64,000 bases of DNA from Candidatus Eiseniibacteriota bacterium. GTDB lineage: Bacteria; Eisenbacteria; RBG-16-71-46; CAZAMP01. Below, one piece after another: positions 58,935-64,000 of the stretch (positions within the stretch are counted from its first letter, which is position 1; each line of letters opens with the position of its first letter). The stretch is from the NCBI GenBank assembly GCA_965224245.1, contig OZ245046.1:3168001-3232000 (forward strand). Reading direction: 5' to 3'. The position numbers and the translations under genes are program-made. Below the pieces are notes generated by a model. It saw only the letters and a program-made list of their open reading frames with translations, was not told the origin of the DNA and searched no databases.

Positions 58935-60506
58935 GTGCTCGCACGTGTCCTGAGCGCCGCCGTCTTCGGAGTGGATGGGTATCGCGTCCACGTCGAGGCC
59001 GACGTGGGCACCGGCATGCCCCGCTTCCTGGTCGTGGGGCTGCCCGATGCCGCCATCCGCGAGAGCAAGGAGCGCGTGGTCTCGGCCATCAGGAACGCCG
59101 GCGTCGACGTGCTGCTCGAGCGCGTCGTGGTGAACCTGGCCCCCGCCGACGTCCGCAAGGAGGGCGCGAGCTTCGACCTGCCCATGGCCGTGGCCATCCT
59201 CGCCGCGTTCGAGCGTCTTCCCCCCGATCGTCTGGAGCGCACGGCGTTCGTAGGGGAGCTCTCGCTCGATGCCCAGGTGCGCCCGGTGCGCGGCATGTTG
59301 CCGATGCTGCTGGCGCTCCGGCGCCACGCGGCGCGTGTCGTCCTGCCCGCCGCCAACGTGCGCGAGGCCGACGGGCTCGACGGTCTGGACCTCCATCCGG
59401 TGCGACACCTCCGCGAGGTGCTGAGCGGCGCGGCGTTCGAGCGACGGCACGCGACGACGGGAGCCGGCGTGGCCCGCACGATTGGTCCGTCCCGCGGGTC
59501 CCGGGCGATGCCGGCACCGGACGCCCCTCCGGCCGGCGCGACCGGATCGGCCGGCGCACGCACGCCGGAGGCCGAGCCCGACTTCGCCGACGTGGCCGGA
59601 CAGCCCCTGGCCCGCCGCGCGCTCGAGATCGCCGCCGCGGGCGGACACCACGTGGCCCTCGTCGGTCCCCCCGGCGTGGGCAAGACGATGCTCGCGCGCC
59701 GGCTCGCCGGCATCCTGCCCCCGATGTCGGCCGACGTGCGCCTGGACGTGTCGCGCATCCACTCCGCCGCCGGGCTCCTCTCCCCGTCGCGACCCCGCGT
59801 GACCACCCGCCCGTTCCGCGCACCGCATCACACGACCACGGTGGCCGGTCTCATCGGTGGAGGCTGGCCGCCGGTGGCCGGCGAGGTGTCGCTGGCGCAC
59901 GGTGGCGTCCTGTTCCTGGACGAGCTGACCGAGTTCCGTCGCCTCGCGATCGACGCGCTTCGCGAGCCGCTGGAGGAGGGCGTCATCCGACTCACGCGGG
60001 GCCGCTATCGCCTGGCGTTTCCAGCCCGGTTCCAGCTCGTCGCCGCGATGAACGCGTGCCCGTGCGGGTATCTCGGACACCCCACGCGCGAGTGCGTCTG
60101 CACCCCGAGCGCCGTCATGCGCTACCTGGGCCGCGTGTCGGGGCCCGTGTGGGATCGGATCGATCTGGTGGTCCGACTCACACCGGCGAGGGTGGACCTC
60201 ACCGCCGAGACGCGCGGCGAGCCGTCCGCCGCGATCCGGACGCGCGTCATCGGCGCACGCGCCGCCGGCGGCGACGTCTCCCGGCTGGATCTCCGCGCGC
60301 GGATCCGCCGCGCCCGGCGCCGTCTCACCGCCGGCGCGGCCCGGCTCCTGGTCGACGCGGTGGACGCCGATCGGCTGACGATGCGCGGGCACGATCGCAC
60401 GGTGGTCATCGCGTCCACGATCGCGTCGCTGGCGGGACGTGACGCGATCGAGCCCGGGCACGTGGCCGAGGCGCTCCACTATCGCGAGGGATCGAACGAG
60501 TCCTGA
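58935..60506 (+). CDS. comM: YifB/ComM Mg-chelatase-like AAA+ ATPase
   Basis: VGLPDAAIRESKERV, NLAPADVRKEG, GPPGVGKTM, PFRAPHHT, GEVSLAHGGVLFLDE, CPCG. Confidence 0.93.
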   Translation: MLARVLSAAVFGVDGYRVHVEADVGTGMPRFLVVGLPDAAIRESKERVVSAIRNAGVDVLLERVVVNLAPADVRKEGASFDLPMAVAILAAFERLPPDRLERTAFVGELSLDAQVRPVRGMLPMLLALRRHAARVVLPAANVREADGLDGLDLHPVRHLREVLSGAAFERRHATTGAGVARTIGPSRGSRAMPAPDAPPAGATGSAGARTPEAEPDFADVAGQPLARRALEIAAAGGHHVALVGPPGVGKTMLARRLAGILPPMSADVRLDVSRIHSAAGLLSPSRPRVTTRPFRAPHHTTTVAGLIGGGWPPVAGEVSLAHGGVLFLDELTEFRRLAIDALREPLEEGVIRLTRGRYRLAFPARFQLVAAMNACPCGYLGHPTRECVCTPSAVMRYLGRVSGPVWDRIDLVVRLTPARVDLTAETRGEPSAAIRTRVIGARAAGGDVSRLDLRARIRRARRRLTAGAARLLVDAVDADRLTMRGHDRTVVIASTIASLAGRDAIEPGHVAEALHYREGSNES

Positions 60507-60559
60507 GGATGGACCCGGGAGCGGCGCCCGGCCGCGAAGGGCGCGGCGCCGCCGCAGGG

Positions 60560-61036
60560 CTACATGATCGTGCGCGAGATCAGATACGTGTGGTAGACGA
60601 CCACGCCCCCGTACAGCAGCAGCAGGCCGGCCAGCGCCTTCCGCACCCCCGGAAACCGCGCGTGCATCAGGATCAGCGTGGCGCCGACCAGCGAGATCCC
60701 GAGCTTCGAGAGCAGGAAGTACCCGTTGCCGACCTCGAGCGCGCTCCGCATCAGCGGGTTCAGCTCGGTGCCCCCCTTGCCCAGGATGTGGAGCGTGGCC
60801 AGCGCGTCGGTCACCGTGAGCAACAGGAGCGCGAGCACGGCGGTGACCTCGACGGTGTGATACCGATCCACGTAGTAGCCGCCGCGGGTCTCCTCGAGGC
60901 GGCGAACCGCCCGCCGGCGGCCCCGGAACGTGTAGCGGGAGATCATCGGCGTCGCCTGGCGGCGCCGATCCTCGGTCTTGCGGCGTGGCTCGTCGTCCTC
61001 GGGCTTCGGGAACTCGACGAGGGAAAGGTCGCTCAC
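60560..61036 (-). CDS. Small membrane protein (DUF5658-like)
   Basis: DALATL, GGTELNPLM, LLSK; AGGAG RBS. Confidence 0.7.
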   Translation of the reverse strand: MSDLSLVEFPKPEDDEPRRKTEDRRRQATPMISRYTFRGRRRAVRRLEETRGGYYVDRYHTVEVTAVLALLLLTVTDALATLHILGKGGTELNPLMRSALEVGNGYFLLSKLGISLVGATLILMHARFPGVRKALAGLLLLYGGVVVYHTYLISRTIM

Positions 61037-61358
61037 GTGCGGCTCCTGGGCGATGTAGCACTCAGAGTCGTATCGGTGGAAGCCGCGCGCGGCTCAAGCG
61101 CCGAGCGGCGACGGCCCGATTGGCGCGGTTCGCGCAGCCGGATCGGCCTAGAGGCACCGTACGGGGCCGCTCGACCTCCGAGAGACTAGCGCGAAGTCGC
61201 GGACCGCGGGGAGAGCACCGGCGGCCCTCGATGTGGGATTCCGCGCGTGGTGGCCCACGTCGGCCACTCGTGGTGGCGGTCCGCCGGACGCGGGCGCCGC
61301 CGCGTCACGGTTTCGCAACGCGATGCGCGGCCCGGTGCCCGGCTCGCGACGCGGAGAC

Positions 61359-62114
61359 CTAGCGATCTCCGGTGTAGAGGGTGGCGATCCCGAGCGTCAG
61401 CCGCCGCTCGGCGACGTTTCGGAAGCCGACCCGGCCGAGGAGATCCAGGAAGTCCTCTCCCTCCGGGAACGCCATCACCGACTCCGGCAGATACCGGTAC
61501 GCGCCTCCCACGCCGGACACGATGCGCCCCACGCGCGGCAGGACGTGGCGGAAGTAGAGCCAGTACGCCTGGCGCACCACCGGGGCCCGTGGCCGGGAGA
61601 ACTCCAGCACCGCGACCCGGCCACCCGGCTCCAGCACGCGATGAAACTCGGCCAGCGTACCGGCCGCGTCCGACACGTTGCGAATGCCGAACGCCACCGT
61701 GACCGCTCCCACCGACGCGTCGCGAACGGACAGCCGCATGGCGTCGGCGACGCCGAACCGCACCGGCGGTCCGGCGCCCGTTCGGTCGTCCTCGGCCCGG
61801 GCCTTGCGGTCGCCGAGGCGCACCATCTCCTTCGCGAAGTCCAGTCCGACGATCCGGAGGTCGGGACGCTGGCGCCGGATCGTCAGCGCGACGTCTCCGG
61901 TTCCCGTACACACGTCGAGGACGGTCGTGCGCACGTTCGCCAGCGCCTCCACGAGCGCGCGGCGCCACCGCCGATCGATGCCGAGCGACAGCAGGTGATT
62001 CAGGAGGTCGTACCGGGGGGCGATCCGATCGAACATCGACGCGATCGCCCGCCCGTCCTTGCTCAGGGTGAGCGGTCCCGGATCTGTCGTGCGGAGCGGG
62101 GTCGAGTCGTCCAA
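61359..62114 (-). CDS. menG: Ubiquinone/menaquinone biosynthesis methyltransferase
   Basis: MFDRIAPRYDLLNHLLSLGIDRRWR, LDVCTGTGD, AFGIRNV, YRYLPESV; TTG start after GGAGG (approximate). Confidence 0.94.
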   Translation of the reverse strand: MDDSTPLRTTDPGPLTLSKDGRAIASMFDRIAPRYDLLNHLLSLGIDRRWRRALVEALANVRTTVLDVCTGTGDVALTIRRQRPDLRIVGLDFAKEMVRLGDRKARAEDDRTGAGPPVRFGVADAMRLSVRDASVGAVTVAFGIRNVSDAAGTLAEFHRVLEPGGRVAVLEFSRPRAPVVRQAYWLYFRHVLPRVGRIVSGVGGAYRYLPESVMAFPEGEDFLDLLGRVGFRNVAERRLTLGIATLYTGDR

Positions 62115-62388
62115 GACACCTCCCTCGGCGTGGCGGCGGGTCATCTTATCGGAGTCGTCCCCGATGGGCCAGGACGGGGCTCCCCGGTCCGGGAGGCGCA
62201 CCGAGATCTGGACAATCCCCTCGGCGCCGGGACCGGCTTGCGCCTCGGTCGAGCGAGTCGATATAGTCCGGCGCTCGTCTGACGGATCTCGCATCATCCG
62301 CGAAGGCCGCCCCCCGGGGCCGGCCGGTCCGAGGGTCCTTTCTGGGGGACGACGCTTGCTCGACGTCTGCGACATCTCGTCGGCACGC

Positions 62389-63774
62389 ATGGAGGTCGAG
62401 ACCGACCCGACCGCGCTGCCGGTGACCGAGGCCTACGCACGTCTCGCGACCCGCGCGCACGCACTCCTCGAGCGCCGCTCGGCGTTCCCGTCGCCGACCA
62501 TCGTGCGGCTGGTCCACTCGGTTCGTCCGGTCGATCCGATCGGGCTGGTTCGCGCGTTGCCCGCCGATCGCGCCGCCCTCTGGCAGAGCCGGGGTGATCG
62601 CGACGCGGTCGCCGGAAGCGGCGTCGCGCTCGAGGTCAACGCCCGCTCGGCCGCTGCGCTGGCCGACGCCGCGAGGATCCTCCGCGGCTCCGGCGCACGC
62701 GCGCTCCTGACCGGCCGCTTCGACGGCACGACCGACCCCGACGCCGACTGGGCGCCGTTCGGAACGGTGCGCGCATGGCTCCCGCTCATCGAGGTCGTCC
62801 GATCGGGCGATCGCTTCTCGCTCGCCATCAACGTGCCCGTCGGTCCGGGAACGCCCTCGGGGCGCGTCGCGGCCGACGTTCCGAGGACGATCTCGCCCCG
62901 GACCGAACGCGCCGCGCTTCCCACGCTGGAGCCGGTCACGTCCGCGTCCCACCAGACCGATCGCTGGGGCGCGGCCATCGACGCGATCCTCGAGCGCGTG
63001 GCCGACCGGCGCCTCCGCAAGGCCGTCCTCGCCGACGTGCGGGACTTCGACGCGGCCGACGCGCTCGATCCGCTCGCGGTGACCGATCGGCTGCTCGCGA
63101 CGCACACCGGCACGTACCTCTTCTGCATCCGACACGATCGGACCCGGGCGTTCCTCGGGGCATCGCCCGAGGTGCTGTTCACGCGCGAGGGCCGCCTGCT
63201 CGAGAGCGAGGCACTGGCGGGGACGCGTCCGCGAGGCGAGACGCCCGGCGCCGACGAGGCGCTCGCCGACGAGCTCCGGGCCAGCGCCAAGGACCATCGC
63301 GAGCATCAGCACGTGCGGGACTACATCCGCGAGCGGCTGGCCGGCCTGTCGCGAACCGTCGAGTTCGACGCCGATCCGTACATCCGCGCGTTGCCCTACG
63401 TGCAGCATCTCCGGAGCGGCATCCGGGCCGAGCTGTCACCCGGCACCACCGACGCCGACCTCCTGGCGGCGCTCCATCCCACGCCCGCGGTGTGCGGACT
63501 TCCGGTCGCCGACGCACGCCGCCTCATCGCCCGGCTCGAGGGCTTCGACCGCGGTCTGTACGGCGGCGTCGTGGGCTGGTTCGGCGACGATCGGTCCGAG
63601 TGCGCGGTCGCGATCCGCTCGGGGCTGGTGACCGGCCGGCGCCTGCGCCTGTTCGCCGGCGCGGGCATCGTGGACGGCTCGACCGCGGCCGCCGAGTGGG
63701 ACGAGGTCGCCAACAAGCTGGACGTGTTCGCGTGCGTCTTCGGCGTGCCGGCACGCGCACTGGATCATGGCTGA
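62389..63774 (+). CDS. menF: Isochorismate synthase
   Basis: KAVLA, GASPE, LAGT, KDHREH, LHPTPAVCG, AIRSG, AGAGIV; adjacent to menD; start approximate. Confidence 0.9.
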   Translation: MEVETDPTALPVTEAYARLATRAHALLERRSAFPSPTIVRLVHSVRPVDPIGLVRALPADRAALWQSRGDRDAVAGSGVALEVNARSAAALADAARILRGSGARALLTGRFDGTTDPDADWAPFGTVRAWLPLIEVVRSGDRFSLAINVPVGPGTPSGRVAADVPRTISPRTERAALPTLEPVTSASHQTDRWGAAIDAILERVADRRLRKAVLADVRDFDAADALDPLAVTDRLLATHTGTYLFCIRHDRTRAFLGASPEVLFTREGRLLESEALAGTRPRGETPGADEALADELRASAKDHREHQHVRDYIRERLAGLSRTVEFDADPYIRALPYVQHLRSGIRAELSPGTTDADLLAALHPTPAVCGLPVADARRLIARLEGFDRGLYGGVVGWFGDDRSECAVAIRSGLVTGRRLRLFAGAGIVDGSTAAAEWDEVANKLDVFACVFGVPARALDHG

Positions 63775-64000
63775 GCGACGGACGCCGCCCGAGGCTCCGA
63801 ACGTCAACGCGCTCTGGTCCCGCCTTCTCCTCGACGAGCTCCATCGCACCGGCGGACGCCACGTCGTCATCGCGCCCGGCTCGCGTTCGGCACCCCTCGT
63901 CGAGGCGGCGGTGACACACCCCGGGCTCGCGTGCCACCTGGCGACCGACGAGCGGGCCGGCGGCTTTCTCGCGCTCGGCATCGCACGGGGCTCTGGCGTA
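63767..64000 (+). CDS. menD: SEPHCHC synthase, N-terminus (runs off window)
   Basis: NVNALWSRLLLDEL, VIAPGSRSAPL, DERAGGFLALG. Confidence 0.9.
   Translation, partial: MAERRTPPEAPNVNALWSRLLLDELHRTGGRHVVIAPGSRSAPLVEAAVTHPGLACHLATDERAGGFLALGIARGSGV

Noticed and set aside
57294-61061. 1255-aa minus-strand ORF and similar long Arg/Gly/Pro-rich ORFs (e.g. 39022-41496, 6024-7919, the 5' part of 46382-49834)
   Set aside because: Shadow frames of well-supported genes in high-GC DNA, with no recognisable motifs.

Overview
High-GC (visibly about 70%) chromosomal window from a diderm bacterium. Outer-membrane barrels, an FlgD-like C-terminal domain and a WxxIKxLY tail suggest an FCB-related lineage such as Eisenbacteria/Krumholzibacteriota; this is inference only. 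Left part (1-13.3 kb): two TetR-controlled cassettes (flavin reductase plus acyl-CoA-dehydrogenase-type monooxygenase; MMPL transporter) with clear operator sites, a CzcBA-type metal efflux pair preceded by a Cys-rich leader ORF ending in RPP, and a fused aspartokinase/DAP decarboxylase. Middle (about 13.7-28.4 kb): accessory DNA stacked at the 3' end of tmRNA (ssrA, 28446-28800, minus strand). It holds a 6.1 kb integrative element (xis, tyrosine integrase whose ORF crosses the att core, a PHP-ATPase of Ppl/TrlF type truncated by an IS3, and an A-free tract). Beside it lies an older related element whose integrase relic was hit by an IS21 and an IS66 and which lies next to a MarR plus aspartic-peptidase/serine-hydrolase/TPR fusion. 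The junction between the two elements rebuilds an attP-like site with arm repeats and 10-bp-phased repeats. Right part (29-64 kb): mostly housekeeping genes, including four tRNAs, ssb, smpB-amidase-GerMN-murI-rph-rdgB, lamin-tail envelope genes, AlaX, nth, YyaL, RNase II, an NSS transporter, ComM and menG/menF/menD. No CRISPR array or rRNA was seen.
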